This document shows positions 11,293 to 24,786 of a stretch of 64,000 nucleotides of DNA, in pieces. A model generated the notes under the pieces. That model saw nothing but the letters and a program-made list of their open reading frames with translations. It had not been told where the DNA came from and made no database searches. Source of the stretch: Octopus vulgaris (Eukaryota); assembly GCA_951406725.2 (NCBI GenBank), contig OX597814.1, positions 147,746,001-147,810,000 on the forward strand, written 5' to 3'. Numbering within the stretch: position 1 is the stretch's first letter; each line of letters starts with the position of its first letter. The position numbers and the translations under genes are program-made.

Positions 11293-11492
11293 TTAAATGG
11301 TTTAGTTTCATCAGTTTGTAGTTAAAGCAACAACTGAAGATACTTCAGCTATAAGCATCGGTATTTTGGGGGTGGGGCCTTTATTTGATAAAAAAAATGG
11401 TATAGCTATCATTTATTGAAAGGAAAATTCACTACGCAAAGTTTTCGCTCTAGAGTATGTTTTCTACAGAGAGTGTTATTCTTGTATTAAAG

Positions 11493-11803
11493 CAGTGGCT
11501 TGCCAAACTTTATCGAACTGCCGCCCCCTTGATACTAAGGCCACATTCCTAGCACCCCCATCCAAAATAACCATTACAAACATAGACCGCTTTCTGAAGC
11601 AAATTCAAAGCAAATGTATTTCACAAATAAACTTAACCTAATGAACCCATTATTTTGTTGTTTTTACATGAATCGCTACCGCATTATTGCCCCACATTTT
11701 ACAGGAATCGCAACCCCATTGTTGCCCCAATTTTCTTCAACGTACCCCTTGGAACTTTCCAACGCCCCCAGTGGGGCAATACCATGCACTTTGGAAATCA
11801 CTG
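11493..11803. mobile_element. hAT-type MITE
   Basis: Imperfect TIRs CAGTGGCTTGCCAAACT / ACTTTGGAAATCACTG. Flanks GTATTAAA(G) and ATATTAAA approximate an 8-bp TSD. Subterminal GCCCCC motifs. Confidence 0.7.
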
Positions 11804-11817
11804 ATATTAAAAAATAA

Positions 11818-12040
11818 GGCGGCGAGCTGGCAGAAACATCAACATGTCGGACAAAAGGCTTACCCGTATTTTTGCTCTTCGCATGCTGAGCTCAACTCTT
11901 GATGTTTTTAAACTTTGCGTTTCATTCTTTCGGGGTCGATGAAATAAAGTTCCAGTCCAGTATTGGGGTGGGGGTGTCAACGTAATCGACTATCCCGCTC
12001 CCCTAAAAATGCTGGCCTTGTGCCAAAATTTCAAACCATT
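11818..12040 (+). mobile_element. SINE family B (tail 2), diverged
   Basis: GGCGGCGAGCTGGCAGAAAC ... TTTCATTCTTTCGGGGTCGATGAAATAAAGT ... GCTGGCCTTGTGCC. Confidence 0.82.
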
Positions 12041-12164
12041 GCTGTATTACAGAAGATAATAGTATAAAGGGTAAAGACGCCCTTCGGTCAGGAATGACCA
12101 CGAGATTGCATCTAGAAAGTTCCCCCCCGAAGCCCAAGTAAGGTTGTTTATCGAAGACCAGCAT

Positions 12165-12709
12165 GAACACATTCACTTTTGGTGAGTCCTTCTCATGCTC
12201 AACTGTGGCATGGAGGCTTTCTTCGCCCCAGTGCGAACATTATGCTTATTGACATTGCTATTTGTATGAAATGTGGCTTCATCACTGAAAACAAGACGTT
12301 CCTTGAACTTGGTTTCTTCAAGTTTCTCTTGCATATCAACACAGAATTGTTTGCACTTTCGCTTGTCATCTATCGTTATGGCCTGAACGAGCTGCAGCTT
12401 GTAGGGTTCCACCAGGACGCACCAAACTGTCATTGGAGGAATCTAGGTTTCCAGACTTGTTCTTCTTATGGAATTCTTAGGGCTTCGCAAGAGTTTTTGG
12501 CGAACCCGCTCGACCGTCTCTTCCAATGTTAGTGGTCATCCAAATCCTTTTTCCCTGCACAGACAGCCTTCCTCTTTGAATTTTTTTTTGTGCCATGTCC
12601 AAATCTGCATTGCCGTTGGTAACTTTTTAGAGAACTCTCTCACAAATACATGCTGCACAGTTTTGTTTGATTGTGTTCGAGCAAACTCCAACATACAAAA
12701 TACCTCTGC
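12165..12709 (-). pseudogene. Tc1/mariner transposase remnant (HTH region to first catalytic Asp)
   Basis: Translates as FCMLEFARTQSNKTVQHVF...WHKKKFKEEGCLC...G*P (the GRP motif with CGA>TGA) ...SPKNSIRRTS...PYKLQLVQA...LVFSDEATFH...VNKHNVR/WGEESLH...DSPKVNVF. Two stops, one frameshift; truncated before the second Asp. Confidence 0.88.
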
Positions 12710-12837
12710 TAGTGAATGCTATTTCTATACCGGAAAAGATAAACTTATCAAACATTAAACCTAAAATTTGAAGTCATTTGAACAGACTGACAAAGTTATT
12801 AGATTGTGAAATGGTATTAATTTTTTTGAAAACCCTG
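12165..12837 (-). mobile_element. Truncated Tc1/mariner-superfamily DNA transposon (5' part)
   Basis: Terminus TA|CAGGGTTTTCAAAAAAA at 12839-12821, followed by a decayed transposase. Confidence 0.85.
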
Positions 12838-13029
12838 TAATATTATAGTATCAAATGTTGATAGCAAAACGAAGGCTTACAAGGTCGCTTTCCCGCATTG
12901 TGTGACATATATTTTCCCCTACCCCTACCATGGACTGCTCCGTCGCATGATTACTCGTGAGTAAATTGGGGTAACTTAAAATGAAGTATTTGCGCCCAAA
13001 ATACTGTAGTCTAGTATGTTATATAAGGT

Positions 13030-13340
13030 CGAATGATTAACAGACGTGAAATTTCGAGTTCGATCTCATAGTATGGTACTTTGAACAAATGCCCTTCACT
13101 TTAGCCTCAGGTTGGCTCAATCCTCCTTCCGAGTAGCACTGAGTACAAGGAAACCATGTGGAATATCGTCAGACGGATTTTGCATAGAAAATTTTCAACC
13201 AATGCGTGATTCCGTGTCACGCTTTTCTCGTCGGATAATTATGTTACGGGCATGCATATGCTAATTCAATAAACAGGGAATTCGGTTAATCAAACAGCTG
13301 GTTTCCTCATCGGAGAAAGCGACGGAGATCCAATTTTTAA
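13030..13340 (+). mobile_element. Old chimeric SINE (A-like head, C-like tail)
   Basis: B box GAGTTCGATC and TTTGAACAAATGCCCTTC...AGCCTCAGG, then AATTATGTTACGGG...CAGCTGG...CTCATCG matching the family C 3' half. Confidence 0.5.
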
Positions 13341-13544
13341 AAATAATAAAATACAACACGTCCTCGGTGAGTATTGTAAAGTATTACTATTATGATACGA
13401 TGCATCATGATAGCATCGTATCATATTGTATAGTACGCTATTTGATAGTATGTAATTTATTGCTTAATATGTACGGCGTGTTATAGCTTAATATGGTAGT
13501 TTATGTGTAATATGACAGACGATAAGTACAGGGACGAGCAACTT

Positions 13545-13654
13545 CCTTGGACAAGTTTCGTCTACAGCCCCAGGCCGACCAATGCCTAGTGACTGAATTT
13601 GGTAGACAGAAACTATGTAGAAACGCGTCGCTTCTCACTCACTCACTCACTCAC

Positions 13655-13692
<38 letters not shown>

Positions 13693-14001
13693 TCTCTCTT
13701 TCCACACATACACATATATAGATAGATAGAAAAATAGATAGAGTGAGATAGTGAGAGAGTGAGAGAGAAAGAGGCATTATGATCGCCGTGTGTATTTTGT
13801 GCTTGTTCTACCCACTGCTCGAGAATCGGCATTGGTTTGTTTACGTACCGTAACTTTGCGGTTTGGGAAAAAGAGCCGACAGAATATGTAACCGATTTTC
13901 TTTTCTTTTTAATAAGTACTGAGGTTGATTTGTTCAATTAAACCCTTGAAGGCAGTGCCCCAGCATGGCCATAGTCACATCACCGAAACAAAGGATAAAA
14001 G
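13545..14001 (+). mobile_element. SINE family A, diverged, with CT/CTCA spacer
   Basis: CCTTGGACAAG...AGCCCCAGGCCGACCAATGCC...TTTGGTAGAC, and 3' half GTTTACGTACCGTAACTT...CCAGCATGGCC. Confidence 0.7.
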
Positions 14002-14794
14002 CAATGCCCATGGTCCGCATATTTATTAGATCATATATTTTCCTACTTAGAATGACAACCCACCGTTCATTTCAATCACTGGGAATATTTATGTAAGCAA
14101 AAATTAAAGAAATCGTGACACAAAACTCTATCTAAAAGTTATCAACGACTCTATGTCACTCCTCACGATATAAGTTTCTTATAACGGAGCCTCATGAAGA
14201 ACATATCAGTAATCTATTCATGACCAACGTTATGAGCACTGTAATATTCTTTGCTGCATTCGTCATACCATATGGTATAGTATGCTACAATATTAGATAA
14301 TATAACGTGTGTGTGTATAGCACGCTCCGGTATTTTGTTGTGAAACATATCACAATACAATATTGTCTTAAAAGTGCATACTGTTAGACATATAGCGTGG
14401 TTCTATGTAACGCGTTATGTAAATATCATAGTGTATTATACTGTGACAGAGATGTCTTTTTTCATATAGTATTTTACAGTAAAGTAATAAATTGATTATA
14501 TCTATAGTATACTGTATAATATAATACGTTTAATATGGGATAAAAGCAATATAATAACATTATAAATCACCCACACTATAGTATAATACGGACAAATTAT
14601 TTTCATATTAGCCTAGAGAGATGTTAGTACAAAGGAGCAATAACACAGTAAATTAGTGGAATATGACAATGGATACGATATTATTATAGTAAATATTTAG
14701 TAGAAGAAAATGATAGACTAGCATCCCTGTACTATAGATGCAACATATTGCAAAAGCTAAATAATGGATAGTTTATGGTCATAGTTATACGCAC

Positions 14795-15115
14795 AATATG
14801 GCTGGATGGTTATGAAGTTCCATTCGCAAACACGCGGATCGGGTTCGATTCTGCTGTTTAGCGTCGTGGGTAAATGTCATCTTCAATAGCCACATGTTGA
14901 CCCATAACTTACAGGTGAAACAAAATAGGCAAAAACAATATAGAAGCTTGTCGGGTGGAATGCACCAATAATTCAAAACGTTCAACCTAAAAAGTACGCT
15001 AAGGCTACGTATATCTGCAGAATGCTTAACACCGACAGATTATTCAGGAGCAGACAAATGTAGTTGATTGGACAAATGAATGATCGTCATCGAGCGACCG
15101 AGATCCACTACCGCC
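14795..15115 (+). mobile_element. Old chimeric SINE (A-like head, C-like tail)
   Basis: TGGCTGGATGG (A box), GGGTTCGATTC (B box), and a tail similar to family C. Confidence 0.5.
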
Positions 15116-15177
15116 ATAGGACATATTATGAAATTATAATATGATACCGGTTTATAAAGCATGGCCAAAATATATCC

Positions 15178-15931
<754 letters not shown>

Positions 15932-16160
15932 TATACATCAATATTGTAATATCGCAAAATATTTTTCATAAATTCTTTAGAAATTTTAATTCGGTTTAAG
16001 CTTGAAAGAATTATATGTATATATACGACAGAGAGTGTTGAAACACCTATAAGAGATAAACTTTTCTATCATCTTCTGTCTTAATGACAGTTATAGGTTT
16101 CTCTTTTGGTAATACATTGCTAAACAGCTACCTAATAAATAAATAAATATACATATATAT

Positions 16161-16583
16161 AGGCGCAGGAGTGGCTGTGTGGTAAGTAGCTTGCTAACCA
16201 ACCACATGGTTCTGGGTTCAGTCCCATTGCGTGGAATCTTGGGCAAGTGTCTTCTGCTATAGCCCCGGGCCGACCAATTGCCTCGTGAGTGGATTTGGTA
16301 GACGGAAACTTAAAGAAGCCTGTAGTATATATGTATATATATATATATAAATGTGTGTGTGTATATGCTTGTGTGTCTGTGTTTGTGCCCCTAGCATTGC
16401 TTGACAACCGATGCTGTTGTGTTTACGTCCCCGTCACTTAGCGGTTCGGCAAAAGAGACCGATAGAATAAGTACTGGGCTTACAAAGAATAAGTCCCGGG
16501 GTCGATTTGCTCGACTAAAGGCGGTGCTCCAGCATGGCCGCAGTCAAATGACTGAAACAAGTAAAAGAGTAAAAGGAGAGTAA
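16161..16583 (+). mobile_element. SINE family A, full length
   Basis: A box TGGCTGTGTGG, B box GGGTTCAGTCC, internal microsatellite, GTAAAAGAGTAAAAG tail. Confidence 0.92.
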
Positions 16584-16624
16584 TATATATATGTAATGTT
16601 AGTTGCATCTGTTGTTCTTGATAT

Positions 16625-16835
16625 TCGGTATTCCTAATCACCTTTGTTGAACCAGACCTATAATGGTATGAAAAGCATACCTGCCGTGGCTATAATTTCG
16701 AAACACTTTAAGTACATATAGTATATCTAAGAGGACATTATGCTACGAATCATTTTCAATACGGTTTGATGATATGATTGAGGAGTGATTTGGCTGTTAT
16801 TTCTAGCATGTTAATGAACCACATAAGATTTCGCA
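16625..16835. repeat. Old interspersed repeat, family E
   Basis: AGACCTATAA...GCATACCTGCCGTGGC ... GATTTGGCTGTTATTTCTAGCA. Similar segments recur at more than 12 loci. Confidence 0.65.
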
Positions 16836-17230
16836 AAATCATGTGGAATAATATGCTATATTATGCTGTAATGTGACTTTTTTCAATTTATTTCTGTGCA
16901 TTCACGGATATATATATCGATGTATAAATGCGTATGCGTCGATATCAGTGTATACGTATACATATGTGTGTGTGTGTATGTGCATAACGTTTGCATGTAT
17001 GTAAGCATACAATTACAATTGCGTACGTACATATATATATGTACATGTCGAACATGTGCATATGCACTTGCTTTTGTATGTGTTCACACACACACGCTCA
17101 CACATTGAAGCTCCGACGAAGTAATGGCGTAATATACAAGCATTCAACCATGACTGCATTACATCTGATAGCAGAAACAGCTGCAAGCCATAATTTCTTA
17201 TTCTCTTGTCATTTAGTTAACTTCATATAT

Positions 17231-17531
17231 TCTTTTACTCTTTTACTTGTTTCAGTCATTTGACTGTAGCCATGCTGGAGCACCGCCTTTAGTCGAACAA
17301 ATCGACCCCAGGACTTATTCTTTGTAAGCATAGTACTTATTCTATCGGTTTCTTTTGCCGAACCGCTAAGTTACGGGAACGTAAACACACCAGCATCGGT
17401 TGTCAAGCGATGTTGGGGTGGGGCCAAACACAGACGCACATACATACATACATACGCACACACCTATATATATGTAGAGGTAGGTACGTACATATATGTT
17501 TTATATATATGCATATGTTTTATTTCATTTA

Positions 17532-17569
<38 letters not shown>

Positions 17570-17739
17570 CATACATATATAAGACGGGCTTCTTTCAGTT
17601 TCCACTCACAAAATCCACTCACAAGGCTTTGGTCGGCCCGAGGCTATAGTAGAAGACACTTGCCCAAGGTGCCGCGCAGTGGGACTGAACCCGGAACCAT
17701 GTGGTTCGTAAACAAGATACTTACCTCACAGTCACTCCT
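17231..17739 (-). mobile_element. SINE family A with a nested H-related fragment (17472-17536)
   Basis: Family A head and tail. Its internal microsatellite contains a ~60-bp segment shared with 15831-15880. Confidence 0.9.
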
Positions 17740-17761
17740 ACACACAGACACACACACGCAC

Positions 17762-17793
<32 letters not shown>

Positions 17794-17821
17794 TTATATA
17801 TATACACACACACGCACATAA

Positions 17822-17972
17822 CTGGATTCTTACAGATTCCGACTACCAAATCCACTCACAAGGCTTTGATTGGCCCGAGACTATAGTAGAAGTTACTTGC
17901 CCAAGTTGCCACGCAGTGGGATTGAACCTGTAACCGTTTGATTGGGAAGCAAGCTTCTTACTACACATCCAT
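17822..17972 (-). mobile_element. SINE family A, 5' half
   Basis: CTACCAAATCCACTCACAAGGCTTTG...CTTGCCCAAG...GCAGTGGGATTGAACC. Confidence 0.8.
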
Positions 17973-18056
17973 GTGTGTATATATACATGTGTGTATATAT
18001 ATATATGTGTGTGTGTATATATATATATATATACACACACACATATATATACACAA

Positions 18057-18089
<33 letters not shown>

Positions 18090-18165
18090 CATTCACATAC
18101 ATACATTTCCCTTTTTCCATCTATCTATATGTACATACACTTGCTTGTATACATATTTGTGTGTT

Positions 18166-18203
<38 letters not shown>

Positions 18204-18419
18204 CGTGTATGTGTGTGTGTATGTGTGTGTGTGTGTGTAAATATGTATGCATATATGTATATTCGGCTGTATGCATATATGCATATACAAATATGTACAT
18301 AAGAATGTGAGCGTGTGTGTCTGTGTGAATGTATGCATGTATGTGTGTATGCCTGAAGAAAACTTCGTTATATACACTGAGATAGAATAGTGGAATATAC
18401 ACCGAAGTTTGAAGATGAT

Positions 18420-19010
18420 CATGGAGAAACGAGAATAACCAACCAAACAACACGCCAGCCAGCATTTTCTGACTGACTGGCTCACTGGTAACTATCTGGG
18501 TGCCTGGGTAGCCGGGTGTTTGGGTGTTGTATAAACTCTCTTACTGGCTTGCTAGCTGGCTCGATGGTGTATGAAAGAGGGTGATGCTGAGGCTGGATGA
18601 AGTAAATCAAAAGAATAGGGGAAGATAAAAAAAAAGAAAGATAAAGCTGATAAATAAAGGCTAAAGCGTGCAGTGTTTTTTGGCAGGTTGGTCTGTATGA
18701 TGTGTTGGTTTGCTGGTGAGATGGTTGGATGGCTGGCTTGTTGGCTGGCTGGCTGGTAGTAGGGTTGGTTAGCCTGACTGACTGACTGGCTGGTTTGTTT
18801 GTTGGTCGGTGAAGTTCGTCTGTTCGTTGGCTGGCTGGCTCACGTGGTGCTTGGCTGGCTGATGATTGTTGGCTGTCAGCCTGCCCGCCTGCCCGCCTGC
18901 TCTGCCTGGCTGGTTGGTTTGGCTGCTTGCCTGACTGCCTGTTACTGCCGGTCGTAGTAGAGCAAAAGCAAGCGAGCTAAAAACTAGACAGTGAAAAGAA
19001 CTTTAGAGAG
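18420..19010 (+). promoter_or_regulatory. Candidate promoter/TSS region
   Basis: The most GC-rich non-TE stretch in the window, with (GGCT/GACT/GCCT)-type motifs, GCCCGCC twice and an E-box CACGTG at 18841-18846. Followed by A-rich leader-like sequence and a splice donor. Inference only. Confidence 0.4.
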
Positions 19011-19034
19011 GGAAGGAGATCTATATACACATAC

Positions 19035-19091
<57 letters not shown>

Positions 19092-19780
19092 GTGCATATC
19101 TATATTTATACATAGCTAACGTATAAATTTTATATTTTTAATATAATTTATAAGTATCGTTGTTGTTATTTTTTCAGTTTACATTTGAGTACAAATAGAA
19201 TAGAATTTGAGTTTAAAATTTTTGTATATACTTATATAGCAAAGTTAACATTATCAAAGTTTAAATTGAAAAATCAATCTGTGTAGACGGAGGCAAAAAC
19301 AAAAACAAAAAACAACTACAAAAAGCAGAGAAGGGGGGGGAATACAACTTCCTCGCCGCCACAAACCAAAAAAAAAAATATATAAAAGAAAAAGATATTA
19401 ACAACAACAACAACAACAACACATAAACAACCAACAACAAAAGTAAACACACAAAAAAAAAGAAAATGTGTGATGTATGAATTAGCTGTGATCATGTACC
19501 ACCATCGGAGTTACGAGCGCGCATTTTAAGCAACAACAAAAAAAAAATATCTATATATATATATATATGCCTGTATATACATATATGTTTGTGTATATGT
19601 ATAATACAAAAAGTTTTTTCTGAAAAAAAAAAAAAATAATAATATATATATTATAAACACCCACCTTGGATAGATGGATGTACCTAACGTTAATGCTGAT
19701 GTTATTCATCGGAGAACACTGGAGCTGTTTAGTAAAAGAGCAAGTCCGTTCACGAACCCATAGTACATAGAGCTAATCAG
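18950..19780 (+). other. Candidate first (5'UTR) exon with multiple uORFs
   Basis: TE-free, A-rich segment ending at CAG|GTAGGT (19780/19781). Short ORFs at 19494-19529, 19674-19763 and 19678-19770. The 5' boundary is uncertain. Confidence 0.45.
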
Positions 19781-19894
19781 GTAGGTTGTATAGTACATGT
19801 ATGTATGTATGTATTGTATTTGTGTGTGTGCGTGTATATATATATATATATATATGTATGTATATATATGTATATATATGTTTGCGTGTATGTG

Positions 19895-19949
<55 letters not shown>

Positions 19950-20141
19950 ATATATATATATATATATATATATTCATTTTTTATTTATTCATTTATTTGT
20001 GTATGTATATATGATTTCTATATCTGTATATCTGTGTGTTCCTATGCATGTACGTATGTGCTTGGATGTGTCTGTGTTTATGTATGAATGTATATTGACG
20101 AGTATATGTTTGTATCTAGGGGTATGTTTATATGTGCTTGC

Positions 20142-20260
<119 letters not shown>

Positions 20261-20332
20261 CATGTATATATACATATATCCTTAAATCCTTAAAATGTTT
20301 TAGCCTGAAGGCCGCGGCCATGCTGGGGTATA

Positions 20333-20368
<36 letters not shown>

Positions 20369-20959
20369 TATGGTATTTTTGTGTGTGTGTGCGCGCGCTG
20401 TTAATGGATGCAACTAACTGTACTATGTAAATATATATAGACATAAAAAGAAAACGATAGGGAAAAACGTGCGCGCGTGTGTGTGTGTTTGTGTGTGTGT
20501 ATACTTGTTAAGCTGTGCTTAAAATATAAGTTTATGATGTTTATATACGGTTATGCGTTCTATTATATGTGTGTGTGTATGAGATTTAAAGAATGTTAGC
20601 GTATAGAAATAGAGATGAAAATTGAGAGGATTTTCACAAGTAGTCAAGAAATTAATGAGAAAGGAAAATGTTAAAGGATACGGAGAGGAAAACACAGGAG
20701 AAAAAAAATTTGAGAGATGGCAAAAGAGATGGAGAGAGAGATATAAATGAGCGAAAGACAAAAGTAGAGATTGATGGAGAGAAATGGTAAAAGATACGGA
20801 ACAAAGATGCGGCGAAGTTGACAAAGTGGTGGGGGCGAAGAAGCGTGAGAGATGCAAGATTCAGGGAGGTTGTATGTTATAAAGAAAGGGGTGTGTGTGT
20901 GTGTGTGTGTGAATGAGGATCTAAATATCTATCCCTGGAATCGCATTCAACAACAGAGC

Positions 20960-21165
20960 CAACAGGAGGAACTTATACGTGGTCACTCTGTTTGCTAGAG
21001 ACAACAGCCTAATCAGTTTCGAAACACGACCTTCTGTCAATAGGAATAGGAAAAACAAATGTGTCAGTGCAGTGTTATACAGAAAAAGGTGAGGTGGTCA
21101 TGTTTGGAGCGCCTGTCATGATAGATATTTTTGATTAAAAGTGGACAAGGGACTATATACCACAG
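20960..21165. repeat. Family E repeat (opposite orientation)
   Basis: GGAACTTATACGTGGTCACTC...TGCTAGAGACAACAGCCTAATC ... GGTGGTCATGTTTGGAGCGCC. Confidence 0.55.
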
Positions 21166-21494
21166 CTATTATACTTCACGAAATGATAAAAGTATGAAAT
21201 ATTTAGTTAGGAAAATCTAAAACATTTCTTAAATTATTTTTATCTCTTCTCCTTCACACACGAATACACACACACACAGATATATTTCTGTGTGTATAAA
21301 ATACATCTATAGTTATATACATATACATATATATATATATACACACACAACCGCGCGTGTATAAATACGGGACACTATATAACATGCGCATCTATATACC
21401 CAACACTAACATGTGTTAGAGCCATTTAGACATACATACATACATACATATATAATTTCATATTCGGGTATAAACCCTGTAATAAGCTGTTTTT

Positions 21495-21554
<60 letters not shown>

Positions 21555-21728
21555 GTACACTTACTTACATACACGCCACGCCTATGTGTGTGTGTGTGCA
21601 GCATAGAACCTTAGAGATACAGTGAAAATGAACATGTGCATTTTAGAGGGCATTTGCAAGTGTTTAACCAAATTCTCGTGTTCTGTTGATGTGGCTTTAT
21701 ACATATGTACATATTTACACACACACAC

Positions 21729-21759
<31 letters not shown>

Positions 21760-21921
21760 TATGTGTGTGTGTGTGTGTGTGTACTATATAATACCTAGAT
21801 ATTAAACATTACCCCCTTGGAAGCACTATTAGGCGTTCGAAAAGGAGCAAAACGAATAAGTTAATACATTGACGATACATCAATAAACACATCAACTAGA
21901 TACCAATTATTTCAGGGGCGA

Positions 21922-22005
21922 TTATATATATATACATATATACATATATACATATATATACATATATACATATATACATATATATACATATATATATATA
22001 CATAT

Positions 22006-22056
<51 letters not shown>

Positions 22057-22280
22057 TACATATATATACATATATATATATACATATACATATATACATA
22101 TATATATACATATATACATATATATATACATATATACATATATATACATACATACATATATATACATACATACATATATATGTACATATATACATATATA
22201 TACATATATACATATATATATATATACATATATACATATATATATATACATATATACATATATATATATATATACATATA

Positions 22281-22311
<31 letters not shown>

Positions 22312-22402
22312 ATATATATATATGTATGTATATATGTATATAAATATGTATATGTATATACACACGCGCACAGAGAAACATGTATGCCTGCCTGCATGTA
22401 TG

Positions 22403-22437
<35 letters not shown>

Positions 22438-22590
22438 AGGCGTACACCTATAAACATATATATGATTACATATATGTACGTATATCTATATATATGTATG
22501 TATATGTGTGTTTGTATGCATGTATGTTTACTTATGTGTGTGTGTGAATATATATATATATATACACACACATATACACACCACACATGC
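21922..22590. repeat. Compound (TA/TACA)n microsatellite array
   Basis: Direct observation. Confidence 0.95.
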
Positions 22591-23237
22591 ACTTATAGAT
22601 CTGGTATAGGTACAGAAATTTTGTGTGTCCGATATATGTGTGCTGCAAAACTATATAGTTAGGAAGATGTTCGAGCATTGCCATAATATGCACGAAAGAA
22701 AAGAAAATGAACTCACTATACAGGAAGAGTAAATATTTAACTATGGTGGTATAACTGCCGCTTATAACATATTGCTACTCTGAGTTTTGATAATGTTTAA
22801 TTAAGAATTTTGCGACGGATTTTGCTGATAGAACAAGACTTCTTCAGTTCGTTTAATACATTGTTTTCTTTGCTAAAATACACACACACAACACACACAC
22901 ACACATACAGAGGCCTACGTTAGTTATATATGAACAGTAAAAGACACACGCCTATATAAAGCTACACACACACACTGACACACACACATAGATGTTGAAA
23001 CATATATATAATCCTAGTGAATGTATATATGTATGTATGTAAAGCTGTCTGTATATCTGGAATATATTTATACACATGTAGATTTCGAATTTCACATATA
23101 TCACGATTAATCTTTATATAGAGAAGATTCATCGTACATTACCCTCTAGGCCCAATCTAGCTCGAACTTTTAAGGGTTTCCAAAACTTCATCCTTACTCA
23201 CTAACAGATACATGCATGTATATGCATCTATTCATTG

Positions 23238-23282
<45 letters not shown>

Positions 23283-23389
23283 CACACACACACATATATA
23301 CACACACTTATACTAATATATCAGGGTGTATGTTTAAGTAACAAGAGAGTGAGTACTTCTGAGATTGAGCTTATACGCATGTGCACATG

Positions 23390-23735
23390 AGTACGGCATG
23401 GATGATTGACTGATAAATCCGTTTAGCGTTCACAAGCTCCCGTGTTCGATACCAACACATGCCATTTTGATCGAATCTTTTTATTCTATGCTCTCAGATT
23501 AACCAAAGCACCCTGAGTGAAATCGCGTGGACGGATAACTGCAGAAGCCCGTGCAATGACTTGTAGACATAATTTAAAAAGACAAGCCTTGTCATATTGC
23601 ATCACGATAACTTAGCCTCAAAATTATGTTAAGGGGACATATGTCTTGGAATGTTCAGTCACTCACATGCTAATTCTATATACAGGTAGCTTAGTTTATT
23701 AAACAGCTGAATGCTCATTGTCGAAATCAGTGGTG
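23390..23735 (+). mobile_element. Old chimeric SINE (A-like 5' half, C-like 3' half)
   Basis: GTGTTCGATACC (B box), AACCAAAGC...GAGTGAAAT...GGACGG..AACTG..GAAGCCCG (A), then AATTATGTTAAGGGGACATATGTC..GGAATGTTCAGTCA (C). Confidence 0.6.
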
Positions 23736-24217
23736 ATCTATTCATTATAGATCTTATGTACAAAACGTGTGCGCGTGTGATTTTGTGTGTATATGTATAT
23801 TTCTGTATATGTATGTGTGTATATGCATGCATGTACACATGTCCTAAATATATGCTCACACATGTATGTATGTACTTATATATGTACATATGTATGCATG
23901 AACATCTATACACACACATATGTGCCACTGCATATGCATATGTTTAATACATACACATACATGTATAGGAGCTCATACATACACCCACCCACCACCCCCA
24001 CGCACATAAATACTATTTGCTCTGTCTGTCTGTCTGTCTCTCTTTCTATATATATATATATATAAAGAGAGAGACAGGAGGACAGAGAGACATACATACA
24101 TTTATATATATATACACAATACCTAAATTATGCATGCAGACTTTTAGATGAATGTTAATCTGTTTTCGTTAGTATTATATAATTTGCTATTTTATATACA
24201 TACATGCTCTCTCTCAC

Positions 24218-24256
<39 letters not shown>

Positions 24257-24346
24257 CATATATATAGATGTGTGTATGTATATATACACATGTGTGTGTG
24301 TGTCTATGTATATATATCTGTGTGCATGTGTGTGTATGTGCGTATG

Positions 24347-24382
<36 letters not shown>

Positions 24383-24786
24383 GGTGGGTGTACGTATGTG
24401 CAGAAAGAGACAAGGCTAATATTGTACATCAGTCTTCAATTCTAAATGTCTACACGCATGCTTAAGTCGACGTTGTTCTTATTCTTCTAATTATTTCTTG
24501 TCGAGTATGCACGCAAGGTTGCATAGATGCATGCGTGCATGCCTAAGAGTATGTGCGAGTGTGGCTTTGTATGAATGCACACACGCACACACATACACAC
24601 ACACACATATTGATAGATATATATAATGCGTTGTTTTTCATTATGTATCTGAGTTTGTGAGTTAGGAATTGTTCTTTTTCACGTAGGAGAGTGTGTAGGA
24701 AGTACAGCAAATGCTGTTTGCAAAGACAATATGCAATCAAAACAAATATAAACTATGTTTGTATATATATATATATATATATATAT

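Noticed and set aside
22818-22852. Hammerhead-like CTGAAGAAG...AAAATCCGTC on the minus strand
   Set aside because: Stem II barely pairs and GAAA is missing; too degenerate to support.
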